A stretch of 41,188 nucleotides of DNA from a virus (IMGVR_UViG_3300011434_000012:1-41188); one strand, 5' to 3'; shown: positions 7,553-16,715, counted from the first letter of the stretch. The notes: generated from the sequence alone by a model not told the origin. Translations and numbers: made by a program.

Positions 7553-8727
7553 GCAGCGGCCCCATCGATCATGCCGATGTCGCAGCGATGGCGCTCGACC
7601 TCGCCAAACTCACGGTGCAGCACGAGGCAGCGCATATCGCGGCCAGCGCGATAGCCCCTGCCGGCGTGCCAAGCATCGCGCGCCGCAAGCGTGCGGAACG
7701 TCTCGTGCACGACGCCTGGGTATTCCTTCACGGCCTCGTGGTGGACGTGGCCTGTGTACCAGTATCGGTGCTCGGTCTTGCCCCAGTCTTCCGGGCGGTC
7801 GAATGCCATGATACCCGGTAGCTGTTGCGGCTTGATCGTGTCGCCGTGCGTGACGCCGATCAGTACCTTGCCGAAGCGGTAGTACCAGAACGGCGCCGCG
7901 TTCAAATCGACCGTCACGCGCGTCTCGTTGTGGAAATAGGCGTCAAGCGCGAGCGCGAGGGCGAAGCTGGAGTGTGGATCGTGGTTGCCAGATACAATAC
8001 GGACGATGACCTTACAGTGCTTCTCCAGCGCGCGGCGGATGACGTGGATCATCGCTCGGAGGCCGACCTGCATCACTTTCGCCCAACGTGTATCCGTGTC
8101 GAGGGCGTTACCGCTCTGCGGCGTGCGGCTTTCTTTATTGTCAGCGTGGAAGAAGTCGCCGAGCTCCGGAATGATTGCGGTCTCTGCTGCCGGAGCACAC
8201 GAAACGAGACGATCTATCGCGGCGACCGTCAGGCGCTCGGCAATCTCAACGTCGAAGTCGTCGCCAGTCTCTTGCGCCCAGGCATACATTCCGAAGTGCG
8301 GATCACCCATTGGGTATACGGCGAGTAAGTCAGCGTTCGCGTGCGCTGGTGGCTGTGAGATCGGCGCGAGGCCTTTGGCATCCTGCACAAGCCAGGAAAC
8401 GAATTCCTCAATCGCCTCACGCGCGAGCGTTTTATCCAGCTGGCTCTTGACCCACTGGAGCTTGATTTCACCCTTCGGCCCGTACAGCGTCGAGACGCCG
8501 CGCATGACAAGCGGGTCGGGGACCTGCTTCGTCATGTCTGCTTCTGGCGCGACACCCTGGAGAGCAGCCTTGCGGCGAGTAGATTGGATGGCGCGCTCTA
8601 GCGTCCGGATATTGATGCCAAGGGCCGCAGCAGCTTTAAATTTCGAGCCGTGAAGTTCTATCGCGTCAAGAAACTCAGCTTGACGGACAGTGGCCCACTG
8701 GCGAAGCCCGTCAAGGCGTTTCGGCAG
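7549..8727 (-). CDS. N-terminal HTH plus calcineurin-like metallophosphoesterase; probable CTG start
   Basis: GDPHFG, GDFFHAD, GNHD, HGD, GHVHH motifs; frame open 64 codons upstream of ATG 8535 to a CTG with GGGAGG 6 nt before. Confidence 0.85.
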   Translation of the reverse strand: MPKRLDGLRQWATVRQAEFLDAIELHGSKFKAAAALGINIRTLERAIQSTRRKAALQGVAPEADMTKQVPDPLVMRGVSTLYGPKGEIKLQWVKSQLDKTLAREAIEEFVSWLVQDAKGLAPISQPPAHANADLLAVYPMGDPHFGMYAWAQETGDDFDVEIAERLTVAAIDRLVSCAPAAETAIIPELGDFFHADNKESRTPQSGNALDTDTRWAKVMQVGLRAMIHVIRRALEKHCKVIVRIVSGNHDPHSSFALALALDAYFHNETRVTVDLNAAPFWYYRFGKVLIGVTHGDTIKPQQLPGIMAFDRPEDWGKTEHRYWYTGHVHHEAVKEYPGVVHETFRTLAARDAWHAGRGYRAGRDMRCLVLHREFGEVERHRCDIGMIDGAAA

Positions 8728-8869
8728 AGCGCGCCTCCCGTTTCAGGCGGCGGGCATGGACTTCCTCTATAACTTCCTCGGCTTCACGCGCGAGCGCTTC
8801 CAGGGCCTCATCTATCGGGCATTTGCCGTTTGACTTCGAATGGCTGTTGGGCTTTAGAGCTCCGCTCAT
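8711..8869 (-). CDS. 52-aa hypothetical protein
   Basis: ATGA overlap with the 8866 gene; MSGALKPNSHSKSNGKCPIDEALEALAREAEEVIEEVHARRLKREARSAETP. Confidence 0.55.
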   Translation of the reverse strand: MSGALKPNSHSKSNGKCPIDEALEALAREAEEVIEEVHARRLKREARSAETP

Positions 8870-9081
8870 GATTGCGCCCTCAGCTCGGCTTTCACTTCCG
8901 CCAGGGCCGTTGTCGAAGCCTTGATCGCGTCCAGCATCTTATCGTTTAGGCGTGAAATCTCTGCGTCCTTCACCTTTATAGAATCAGCCTGGGTGCGCAT
9001 GATCCAATAGGATAGAACTGCGAAAGGGGCGAAGGCCCCGAGAGAACCTAAGACGGATTTCCAAAGCTCAAGGTCATCCAT
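8866..9081 (-). CDS. holin-like protein (one TM plus coiled coil)
   Basis: One N-terminal TM and a coiled coil, inside the lysis cassette. Confidence 0.55.
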   Translation of the reverse strand: MDDLELWKSVLGSLGAFAPFAVLSYWIMRTQADSIKVKDAEISRLNDKMLDAIKASTTALAEVKAELRAQS

Positions 9082-9367
9082 CTGAGCGCCACGCCCCGAC
9101 CAACTCACGCACGGCATCTAGCTTGGCCCGACAGTCGGCGCCCGCTTCGCGGACGCTTTGCGCCCAGCGCGCGAGGTCAACATCCGTCTTGGCGTCTGGC
9201 ACTGGCGGCTCACCCAGACAGGAAAGGTTCGCTTCCGGTATTAGAGGTGACACATTGCGAACCTCTGTCGAAGGCGGAAGGCGGATGAAATTATTTTCAG
9301 TTGACGGCCTGCTCCCGGCGCACGCCGTCAAGGTAGCGGAGAACAGTAGGGCCGAGATCGCGCGCAT
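9074..9367 (-). CDS. o-spanin (Rz1-like lipoprotein)
   Basis: Signal peptide with lipobox LTAC, Pro-rich, DCRAKL motif; overlaps the i-spanin. Confidence 0.85.
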   Translation of the reverse strand: MRAISALLFSATLTACAGSRPSTENNFIRLPPSTEVRNVSPLIPEANLSCLGEPPVPDAKTDVDLARWAQSVREAGADCRAKLDAVRELVGAWRSDG

Positions 9368-9683
9368 CTGTCGTCGGTGCATTCAGCAACTCCCTGAGTG
9401 TGGCGTTGGCGGCATCGCGGGCGCGCTGGGCTTCCGCGAGACTGGCGGTAAGGTCTGTGACGCGCCTGGCCTGGGCGCTGGCCTTAAGGGCCTCGGCGGC
9501 GTTCCTGTTGGCCCTCGCGCGTTCGATATCGGCTTCGTTGCGCGCAACAATGGCGTTGATCTGCGCAGCTTCGGTGCGGGCTTGCGCAACTATGGTTCCA
9601 AGCCGCCAACCGTTGACGGTCCAGCCCGTACCGAACGCGATCAGCGCGGACAGCGCATAGGGTAGTATGCCTCGCAGGATCAT
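9297..9683 (-). CDS. i-spanin (Rz-like)
   Basis: N-terminal TM with GWTVNGWRLG, then Ala-rich coiled coil, directly after the endolysin. Confidence 0.85.
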   Translation of the reverse strand: MILRGILPYALSALIAFGTGWTVNGWRLGTIVAQARTEAAQINAIVARNEADIERARANRNAAEALKASAQARRVTDLTASLAEAQRARDAANATLRELLNAPTTDARDLGPTVLRYLDGVRREQAVN

Positions 9684-10117
9684 TTCTTCTCCTGGTAGAA
9701 GCCGTGATGCCCGATTTTGACGAGGAACGTCATGCCGATGGCCCACTTGGGCGGAACGATCATCGAATCCGAGTAGTAGTGCGTCGCGCCGTGCGTAGGA
9801 TCCTTCGCCGCACGCTCCGCATTCTTTAGGATCGCGAACATCCCCAGCAGGGCCGCGTCATCGTCGGCAAGGGCGACCATGCGGATGCGCTGCTCGTCAG
9901 ATGCGTTCCAACAGGAAAATTGGAGCTTGGCGAGGCAGACCGTGGCGAGGCTCTTACCCCATTGACCATCGCTGAGACGGTTAATGAGGACGTGCGCGAC
10001 AGCCTGCTGGCCGGCCTCTGGCTCACCCCTGCTCTCCGCCCACATGGTTCTACAGGCGACTTGGTACGGGAACGTCCATAAATCCGGATCGATCGGCGAA
10101 GGATGGCTCACGCCCAT
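9680..10117 (-). CDS. endolysin, SleB/Hydrolase_2-type cell wall hydrolase
   Basis: RTMWAESRGE...AVAHVLINR...QFSCWN...DPTHGATHYY...IGHHGFY. Confidence 0.9.
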   Translation of the reverse strand: MGVSHPSPIDPDLWTFPYQVACRTMWAESRGEPEAGQQAVAHVLINRLSDGQWGKSLATVCLAKLQFSCWNASDEQRIRMVALADDDAALLGMFAILKNAERAAKDPTHGATHYYSDSMIVPPKWAIGMTFLVKIGHHGFYQEKK

Positions 10118-10440
10118 TTCTCCAAGCGCCGCTTGTAAATTTGGTAGTTCCAGCCGGTGGCGAACGCGCCCGTTCCGAGCCATAGCGCCATCACCACGGC
10201 GTAATATTCGAAGCCCAGGAGCGCCCCGTAGACGCCCGTGGGAACGAACAGCAGGGCCTTCAGCAAGTAGGGCCGGAATCCAATGAGCCGGAACAGGAAG
10301 CGGGCGGCTGGATTACCCTCTTTCCAGCCGTGGCCGGTGTCGATGCCGATTTTTCGGACAAGGCTAGTGGTGTAGGCGTCGCCGAAACTGGCGATGACGG
10401 CTAGAATTGTGAGCAGGATTGCGCTAATGGTCATGTTCAT
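10108..10440 (-). CDS. membrane protein (DUF5658-like), possible holin
   Basis: DAYTT...EGNP motif with three TM segments; first gene of the lysis cassette. Confidence 0.65.
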   Translation of the reverse strand: MNMTISAILLTILAVIASFGDAYTTSLVRKIGIDTGHGWKEGNPAARFLFRLIGFRPYLLKALLFVPTGVYGALLGFEYYAVVMALWLGTGAFATGWNYQIYKRRLEKWA

Positions 10441-10444
10441 CCTT

Positions 10445-10459
10445 GGACAAAACGGGAAC
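10445..10459. promoter_or_regulatory. putative alphaproteobacterial SOS (LexA) box
   Basis: GGAC-AAAACGG-GAAC, 14/15 identical to the reverse complement of the perfect box at 38099; 4 nt before ATG 10440. Confidence 0.55.
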
Positions 10460-10531
10460 GGTAGTGTGGTAGACCCGCAGGACTTCTCAGCCCTAATGGG
10501 CGCGGCCTGGTTAGCCGTGATCGGACAGTGG

Positions 10532-12118
10532 TTATGGGGCCGTATTCGCGCCCTGCGAGAGAAGCGCCGCGAGAACGGCAGGGCTCATTGTCGCGAGCAG
10601 CCTGGGGTCCATCGCCATTATATTTGCACCCCCACCAGGGACGACGGTGTTTTGCGCGGGATTCGCAAAGAGCCTTGACGACGCGGCCTTGGAATTGATG
10701 CCGGCGTTCATTGCCCGCCCAACAGTCCCGATGACGGGGGCCGCCGCTGTTTTGGCGATTGCCGCGCCTGGGTTTTCGAGGGTCCGCATAACCCAGCTAC
10801 GGACTGCCGTCTCGGAGTTAGGTGGCGACTTCAAGAACTGCTGTCCTATACGGGCAAGGTCCGCGATGTCGCCTCCACCGCCCGTTGCGAAATCGGGATA
10901 GGCTTTCGCGACCTGCCCGAGCAATAGCGCCGGGCTGATCTTCCCGGTTGGGGCTTTCTCTGCCAGCGGCTCAAGAACCTTGAAGTTTCTAAACCACTCG
11001 CGCGCCTGTTTGATCGCGGCGGCATCGCCGCCTTGCGCTTGAGTCTCAAAAGCGTCGTCGAGAGCGTCACGGATTTTGCTGCCATAGTGGGCGACTGTCG
11101 CATTTTGCGAATCAGAGACTGCGGAAATCATACCGCCCTTGGCGCGCATCGTTTGGTACTGGCGACCCGTAAGCGCACCAGCCCCAGCCATCTTCTTCTC
11201 GATCTGCTTGAGGGCGTGAAGAACAGGCTTGGCGGAATCTTCATCGAGCGCGTCAACCGCGTTCGTCTTAATATCGTCCAGCGCCGTCGCAAGCGCTGGA
11301 GTTGGCGCAACCTGATTGCGCGGAAGAACTGCGTCGTAAACGTCGCTGATCTTCTTTTTCGCCTTCGCCATGACGGCCGGAGTGAGCGCTGGCGCGTCCT
11401 CGCCAATTGTCTTACTCACCGCGCGCGTGAATGCCTCAAACTGTGCGTCTGGCGTAATCCTGGCAGGATTAGCGGCGCTGTTGCCGGTCAGTGACGGCGG
11501 AAGCGCCGCAAGCTGATCGTCTATGACCTTCACGGCCCTCGACGATGCGGCTTGGCCTGGACGCACGGGGACGCCAAGCGACTGCGCGCGTTGGGCGAGC
11601 GCCACAACATTCGGATCAGGCTTGCCAGCCATACCGCCGAGGGCGCTTGGGATATTTACCAAGCCCTTTGCGAGCGCTGCCAAAATTCCAGGGCTAAAGA
11701 TATCGCCTATCTGGCGACCGCCCGCGACTTGCTCATTGGCGGGCGGCCCGGCGATCTTGTCACCGACTGAGGTTGATGTGGGAAACCACCGGTTCTCCCT
11801 ATCGGCGCCCAATGGCGAGGCGAGTAAGCGGCCGAGAGATTCGACATTACCGGGGATGCCAGGAATGTTCTGTGCAACCCCCGTCGCCATGCCGCCAGCC
11901 GTATCCAGTACAGCGCCAAGCCCATTGCCACGATGCGCAACCGACGACCTCTCCGCAGGAACTTCCCACATGCCGAAGGGGCCGCGCTGCCGCACCATAA
12001 GCGGCGGCAGTCCACGCTCAGCCGAGTCCCGCGAGGTGTTTACGCGGGACTGCGGAACGAGGTCGTCAAACATTCCGCCGCCAGGCTGTTGCGGGACTAG
12101 ATCGTCAAACATTCCCAT
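10532..12118 (-). CDS. internal virion/ejection protein
   Basis: Large Ala-rich helical protein, N-terminal GMFDDLVPQ repeat, position typical of podovirus ejection genes. Confidence 0.75.
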   Translation of the reverse strand: MGMFDDLVPQQPGGGMFDDLVPQSRVNTSRDSAERGLPPLMVRQRGPFGMWEVPAERSSVAHRGNGLGAVLDTAGGMATGVAQNIPGIPGNVESLGRLLASPLGADRENRWFPTSTSVGDKIAGPPANEQVAGGRQIGDIFSPGILAALAKGLVNIPSALGGMAGKPDPNVVALAQRAQSLGVPVRPGQAASSRAVKVIDDQLAALPPSLTGNSAANPARITPDAQFEAFTRAVSKTIGEDAPALTPAVMAKAKKKISDVYDAVLPRNQVAPTPALATALDDIKTNAVDALDEDSAKPVLHALKQIEKKMAGAGALTGRQYQTMRAKGGMISAVSDSQNATVAHYGSKIRDALDDAFETQAQGGDAAAIKQAREWFRNFKVLEPLAEKAPTGKISPALLLGQVAKAYPDFATGGGGDIADLARIGQQFLKSPPNSETAVRSWVMRTLENPGAAIAKTAAAPVIGTVGRAMNAGINSKAASSRLFANPAQNTVVPGGGANIMAMDPRLLATMSPAVLAALLSQGANTAP

Positions 12119-13404
12119 CAGAGACCATCCGAATTGATGCCGTTCGCGCGGAGACGCTCGATCACCTTGTCACGCGGGGCGCCGCGGGCAATGGCGGCCC
12201 GCGCCTCCGCTAATGGATCGCCGGGCCGCTGTTGCGGCTGCGGCCTCGTCTCATCGATCGCCTCGAAGCCGGCCGTGCGAGCGTCCAATAGATTCATGAC
12301 CTCATCCAGAGCCGCGACGGTTGCTTGGTCGCCCTGAAGTAGCGCCTGAAACGTCCCTGGGGCCTGCATGAAGCTGTTGATCCACTGGAGTTCACCGGCC
12401 TGAAGGACGCCAGTATTCAGCAGGGACGGGTCACGCAATTGAGACAGCACGAGCTGGAACGACGTGAGCGCCTTTGTCATCGTCGGAGACGCAACGCCAC
12501 TCGACATGTATTTCAGCGTATCGGCCGGGGCGACGCTCTTGAGCGCGGACTTCGTGTTATCTATGAGCTTACCCATCGTGACGCGCATCTGGCGCGCTGA
12601 ACGAAGCTGCCCGGGCTCGATGGATGGCTGGCCAGCGGGGCGCTGCTTGGGCTCTCCGGGCCTCTCAGTGTACGCGCCGCCAATTGGCTGACGGTACGGA
12701 CGCATGTCTGGGTTGATGCGAGAACCATCCGGCAGAACGCGAGGATTAGCCTGCCTCGCGTACGCGGCATGGTACTCTGGCGTTGACGGGTCCCCACCAA
12801 GAAGGACGTTGGTGTCCTGGGCCTCAATGCTGTTTCCAACGAATGGGCCGGCCGGCCCACCACCAGAAGCATTGGACCTGATATTGGCAACACGGATCGC
12901 GTTTTCACGGTTGGCTTGCGCGTTAGTATTGGTGTTCAACATCTGCGCCGCCGCCTGCGCCTGTGCGGCCTGCAGGGATGCTGCAGAGCGCGCGTCCTCA
13001 CTTACAAGAGAGCGGGAAAAGCGACTTTCGGTACCTTGCTGTGTCGCGTCAAACTGCCCTTGTTGGAATAGGCGATTGGCACCAGCCTCCTGTCCCCGCT
13101 GCTGCATCCCCATGAGCGAGATCGCGGGGCCGGCGTCGTAGCCCTGCGGAGCGCGTGCAAGGAGGGCCTGGATCATCGCCTGATCCGGCATCTTCGTGCC
13201 ATATGTAGGCGCGGCGTTGCCGGGGCCGGTCGGGCTTGGGAACGCCATGTCGGCTTGCGGAGCAAGCGCGGTGGAAAGTTCTTGCCCGAATTGCTGCTGT
13301 TGCTTCTCTTTCCGCTGTTGCTCCTGCATCATGGAGAGCTGAGCGGGATTGCCGCCTGCGCCGCCAACGAGCGCGTAGGCGAGGATATTGCGCCAATCTG
13401 CCAT
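12118..13404 (-). CDS. internal virion/ejection protein
   Basis: Gln/Ala/Gly-rich; C-terminal ARAAIARGAPRDKVIERLRANGI; GGGGAG RBS. Confidence 0.75.
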   Translation of the reverse strand: MADWRNILAYALVGGAGGNPAQLSMMQEQQRKEKQQQQFGQELSTALAPQADMAFPSPTGPGNAAPTYGTKMPDQAMIQALLARAPQGYDAGPAISLMGMQQRGQEAGANRLFQQGQFDATQQGTESRFSRSLVSEDARSAASLQAAQAQAAAQMLNTNTNAQANRENAIRVANIRSNASGGGPAGPFVGNSIEAQDTNVLLGGDPSTPEYHAAYARQANPRVLPDGSRINPDMRPYRQPIGGAYTERPGEPKQRPAGQPSIEPGQLRSARQMRVTMGKLIDNTKSALKSVAPADTLKYMSSGVASPTMTKALTSFQLVLSQLRDPSLLNTGVLQAGELQWINSFMQAPGTFQALLQGDQATVAALDEVMNLLDARTAGFEAIDETRPQPQQRPGDPLAEARAAIARGAPRDKVIERLRANGINSDGL

Positions 13405-13405
13405 G

Positions 13406-14353
13406 TTATCTCCCCATGCCAAGGGCCATGCCGGCGCCGCCCGCCGCGCCCTTCAGGACATCCATCCATGGCGTGTTGGGTTGGATAAACTGCTGCGTTC
13501 CGCTGAGCGACCCAAATCCGCCGAGCGTCTGATTGAGCATCTGCTGGCGCATGAACGGGTCCTGGTACTGACGGAGGAACTCCTGATAGGCGCGCTGCAT
13601 CCCGGTGTCCTCCATCCCGAACTGGAGCCCGCCGAGTTGGCCCAGCGTCTGCGCGCCCTGGAGGTTGAGCCCCTGGCCCTGAAGCCCGGCCTGCTGATTG
13701 GCGAGTTGGCCTTGCAGACCCACTTGCTGGTTGGCGAGGTTGGTCTGCTGGCCGAGCTGGGCCTGCGCGAGGTTGCGCTGAGCGCCGACGGCCTGATTGC
13801 CCTGCCCGGCGGCAAGTGCGCGGTCTGCGTCCGATGCACCGAACTGGAGGCCAGTGTTAAAGCCAGTGAGGTTGAGGTTCGCGAGCGCGGACGCCGCCTG
13901 ATTGGCGAAGCCTTCGTTGGTGAGCGCATTCTCGACGCCGAGGCGATCGTTACCCCACGCGCCGGCCATATTGGCTTGGCTCGAATTGTCGTTCAGGGCC
14001 ATCTGGCGGAAGCGGTCCAGATCCGCGAGCGTGCGGTCCACGACCTGGGACTGGTACGGATTGGCGTAGGGTTGGGAGGCGGTCGCTGCCGTTCCTGCCG
14101 TCACGTCTGGCGTAGCGCCAACCTTGGCAGCGCGGGCGATGGATGGGTTAACCTGTTGCGGCTGGTAGGCGCCGACGCCAGAGGCGATGCCCTGAGCCTG
14201 CGGGATAGCCTGCGGGGCGGCCGGCGCGAGAGGGCCGCCATAGGGCTTGAACGGCTGGTTGGCGACGCCCTGGGCGCGCTGGAGGTTCTGTAGACCGGCC
14301 GCCTTCAGTTGCGGATCGATCGTACTCTGTGCCTTAGGCTGCTTTTTCGCCAT
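13406..14353 (-). CDS. DNA transfer/pilot-like ejection protein
   Basis: Gln/Ala/Gly-rich, NPYQ motif, ANQQ repeats, C-terminal Gly-rich hydrophobic tail. Confidence 0.75.
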   Translation of the reverse strand: MAKKQPKAQSTIDPQLKAAGLQNLQRAQGVANQPFKPYGGPLAPAAPQAIPQAQGIASGVGAYQPQQVNPSIARAAKVGATPDVTAGTAATASQPYANPYQSQVVDRTLADLDRFRQMALNDNSSQANMAGAWGNDRLGVENALTNEGFANQAASALANLNLTGFNTGLQFGASDADRALAAGQGNQAVGAQRNLAQAQLGQQTNLANQQVGLQGQLANQQAGLQGQGLNLQGAQTLGQLGGLQFGMEDTGMQRAYQEFLRQYQDPFMRQQMLNQTLGGFGSLSGTQQFIQPNTPWMDVLKGAAGGAGMALGMGR

Positions 14354-14699
14354 CGTCTATTTCCTTGTAAACCAACACTTCGTAACCGAGGTCGCGCAAC
14401 GCGCGGCCCCAACCTTTGCGGCCCATGATCGTGATCTGGCCGCAGTCGAACGCCCTGGCCGCCTCGACAAGCTGGGGGTCGGCAGAGCGAATCTCATTAA
14501 GATCGCCGCCCGCGAGCCAGACGTTCAGCGTGCGGGTCACGAGCACGTCGAGCACCATGGCTGACTTCTCGCCTGCCAAGAGGATGGCGCTTCCGGTCTC
14601 AATCGCCTTGCGCACGTCCCCGATTGTGCGGCCAGATGCGTCGTGAGCGAGCGCGGCCTCGATCCACGGGCGGCAGCGCTCCCATTCGTTAACCGTCAT
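14334..14699 (-). CDS. GNAT-fold virion-associated protein preceding the ejection genes
   Basis: LNVWLAGGDL...ARAFDC...GRKGWGRAL...GY motif. Confidence 0.7.
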   Translation of the reverse strand: MTVNEWERCRPWIEAALAHDASGRTIGDVRKAIETGSAILLAGEKSAMVLDVLVTRTLNVWLAGGDLNEIRSADPQLVEAARAFDCGQITIMGRKGWGRALRDLGYEVLVYKEIDDGEKAA

Positions 14700-14767
14700 G
14701 TGCGACACTGTTCAGACACAGTCACCCCGTAGTATTGTCGCGTAGAAACCAAAAGGAAATCCAGGTT

Positions 14768-15172
14768 ATGACAAGACGTGACGATGCGGCCAGAAGAAGA
14801 GACGACACTGAGCATGTTATCAGCGGGTCGCACGGCGATGATGTGCTGGACGGGACTCCTGAGAGCGATTTCATCCATGGTAAATCGGGGGATGACACCG
14901 TTTACGGCAACGGGGGGAATGACGTTATAAGTGCCGGGAACGGCAACGATCTGATTTGGGGCGGCGCTGGAAACGACGTGTTTATCATAACCCAAGGGGC
15001 TCGCAGATCGCACGATACGATTTTCGATTGGAACTCTGGTGATGTGATAGACGTTCAGAGCTACGGCACTTACACCGTCACGCAGAACGGTGATGACGTG
15101 CTGGTAATACTCTCTGGTGGCCCGGTCATCGATGTCTTGGGCGTGAATGTCTCAGACATCGCAATCGTCTAA
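14768..15172 (+). CDS. small RTX (hemolysin-type Ca2+-binding repeat) protein, moron
   Basis: Six GGxGxDxUx-like nonapeptides (GSHGDDVLD, GTPESDFIH, GKSGDDTVY, GNGGNDVIS, AGNGNDLIW, GGAGNDVFI); AAGGA RBS; opposite strand to neighbours. Confidence 0.88.
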   Translation: MTRRDDAARRRDDTEHVISGSHGDDVLDGTPESDFIHGKSGDDTVYGNGGNDVISAGNGNDLIWGGAGNDVFIITQGARRSHDTIFDWNSGDVIDVQSYGTYTVTQNGDDVLVILSGGPVIDVLGVNVSDIAIV

Positions 15173-15176
15173 AATC

Positions 15177-15674
15177 TTACAGAAGCGCGGCAATCATTCC
15201 GCCAACAAAGAACCGCTCTAGCGCAAGCTCTGCGACGCGAAGATTAGCTCCCCCAGACGTTGTTACTTCGGCCCAGAGATGGTCCCACTCCGTCTGAAGA
15301 TTAGTGCTGGAAATGACACGCCCGGCGCTTTCGTCGCCCGTGTCCGTGAATGTAATAGTGCCGACGACTGTTCCGTCCGTCCTGCCGGACGGGGCCGCCC
15401 CCTGCTTACCACGAATGTTGATCGTGACGCTCGGATTGGACCCGCCGACAAACCCCGTAGCGCTGCCGCTCCCATCACCGCCGTAAATTGTCGCGCGCCC
15501 AAACTTCGCGCGCACCGCAAGCGTCTTACCAACGTAGCCGTTCGCCGCATCGACGCGAGCGCAGTCGGATAATCCTTGGCTAGTGTCCCCATCAAAGGCT
15601 GCGGCAAGCCCGCCGTCAACCGTCATGTCGCCGATATTGGTCCCGGTCGTCCGGTCAATTATGCTGAGACCCAT
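15177..15674 (-). CDS. virion/tail accessory protein (beta-rich)
   Basis: TGATG coupling; Gly/Thr-rich, AAAFDG motif. Confidence 0.65.
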   Translation of the reverse strand: MGLSIIDRTTGTNIGDMTVDGGLAAAFDGDTSQGLSDCARVDAANGYVGKTLAVRAKFGRATIYGGDGSGSATGFVGGSNPSVTINIRGKQGAAPSGRTDGTVVGTITFTDTGDESAGRVISSTNLQTEWDHLWAEVTTSGGANLRVAELALERFFVGGMIAALL

Positions 15675-16405
15675 CAGTGGCCCTTGTCGTAAGCGACGAC
15701 ATCGAATTTGTCGTCTGTAGAGTGATAGATGCAAGCGATGAAGTCGGTCTTCGCGCTCGTTGTCGCAGTCAGCGCGGTGAAATCCGTACCGAAGCGGAAC
15801 TTCGTATCCAACGTCAACGTGCGATCCGCGCCGCTCGCCTTGACACGGAACAGAAACGGCTGACCGCTCACGGCGCTGCTCGGATTGCTGAGCGTGCGGT
15901 CGCCGGCCATCGTGAGGTCGAAGACGCAGCCCTTTGTCGCATCCACGGCGACGGAAGCGCCGTCCGTGAGTGTGACGGGTGGCATGGCCTTGCGCCGCGC
16001 AAGCGACGTACGGAACGCTGCAATGTTTGTGGCGCCATCAGAATAGACGGTGAGATATTCGCCCGCAGGAACGGTCACGGTTGTTCCCGCGCCGGCCGTC
16101 AGAGTCGCCGCGCTGTCGGAATTGTTGAACACGCGCGTGATCTTCTCAACATCTGGGAATGTGATGGTGCGTGTCGCGCCGGGCGTGCCTGTCAGAATCA
16201 GGAGCGCTGGGCGGTGCTGATCTGCCGCGCCGTTATTGGTCGAGAGCGTGACATTGCCGGCGGTGACGGAGACGGAGACGACGCCTGCAACGGCTTCGTC
16301 CACCATGGCAGTCATCGCGTCATTCAGATCGTCGCCCCAAGTGTCCTCATTGGCGCCAACTTCCGGCTTGATGAGGCGAAGCGATGTCGTATATGTGTCA
16401 GCCAA
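15674..16405 (-). CDS. tail fiber/needle-like virion protein
   Basis: ADTYTTSLRLIKPEVGANEDTWG..LN N-terminus; TTG start after GAGGAG. Confidence 0.7.
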   Translation of the reverse strand: MADTYTTSLRLIKPEVGANEDTWGDDLNDAMTAMVDEAVAGVVSVSVTAGNVTLSTNNGAADQHRPALLILTGTPGATRTITFPDVEKITRVFNNSDSAATLTAGAGTTVTVPAGEYLTVYSDGATNIAAFRTSLARRKAMPPVTLTDGASVAVDATKGCVFDLTMAGDRTLSNPSSAVSGQPFLFRVKASGADRTLTLDTKFRFGTDFTALTATTSAKTDFIACIYHSTDDKFDVVAYDKGH

Positions 16406-16715
16406 GGACTTCACTCCTCGTGGGTTTGTCTTTCGCCTCGACCTTCTGCGCGCGCAGCGTTTCGAGCGCCGGCATTACGTCGTTGAGAACTTTGTGATCC
16501 ACTTGCCTGACCGCCGGAAAGCCGAGCGCCGTAAGGTGTTCGTTCACCACGTCCATCTGCTTTATCGGATCTGTCGCGGCATGGATCATGGTACGGTGAT
16601 ATTCGCTCGCTAGAACGTGGCCCTGATCGTCCACGACCTGCTTGCGCATCCGCACCCCGACATTGCCGGTCTGCGGCTCGATTTCAATACGGTCGATTAT
16701 GGTTCTGGTTTCCAT
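16398..16715 (-). CDS. tail-associated protein, possibly a fiber chaperone
   Basis: IIDRIEI...VGVR...LASEYHR motif directly after a fiber-like gene. Confidence 0.6.
   Translation of the reverse strand: METRTIIDRIEIEPQTGNVGVRMRKQVVDDQGHVLASEYHRTMIHAATDPIKQMDVVNEHLTALGFPAVRQVDHKVLNDVMPALETLRAQKVEAKDKPTRSEVLG

Noticed and set aside
13388-14293. Long antisense ORFs (e.g. 13388-14293 +, 27211-27948 +, 7985-8653 +)
   Set aside because: Shadow ORFs opposite well-supported genes in GC-rich DNA, with no recognisable motifs
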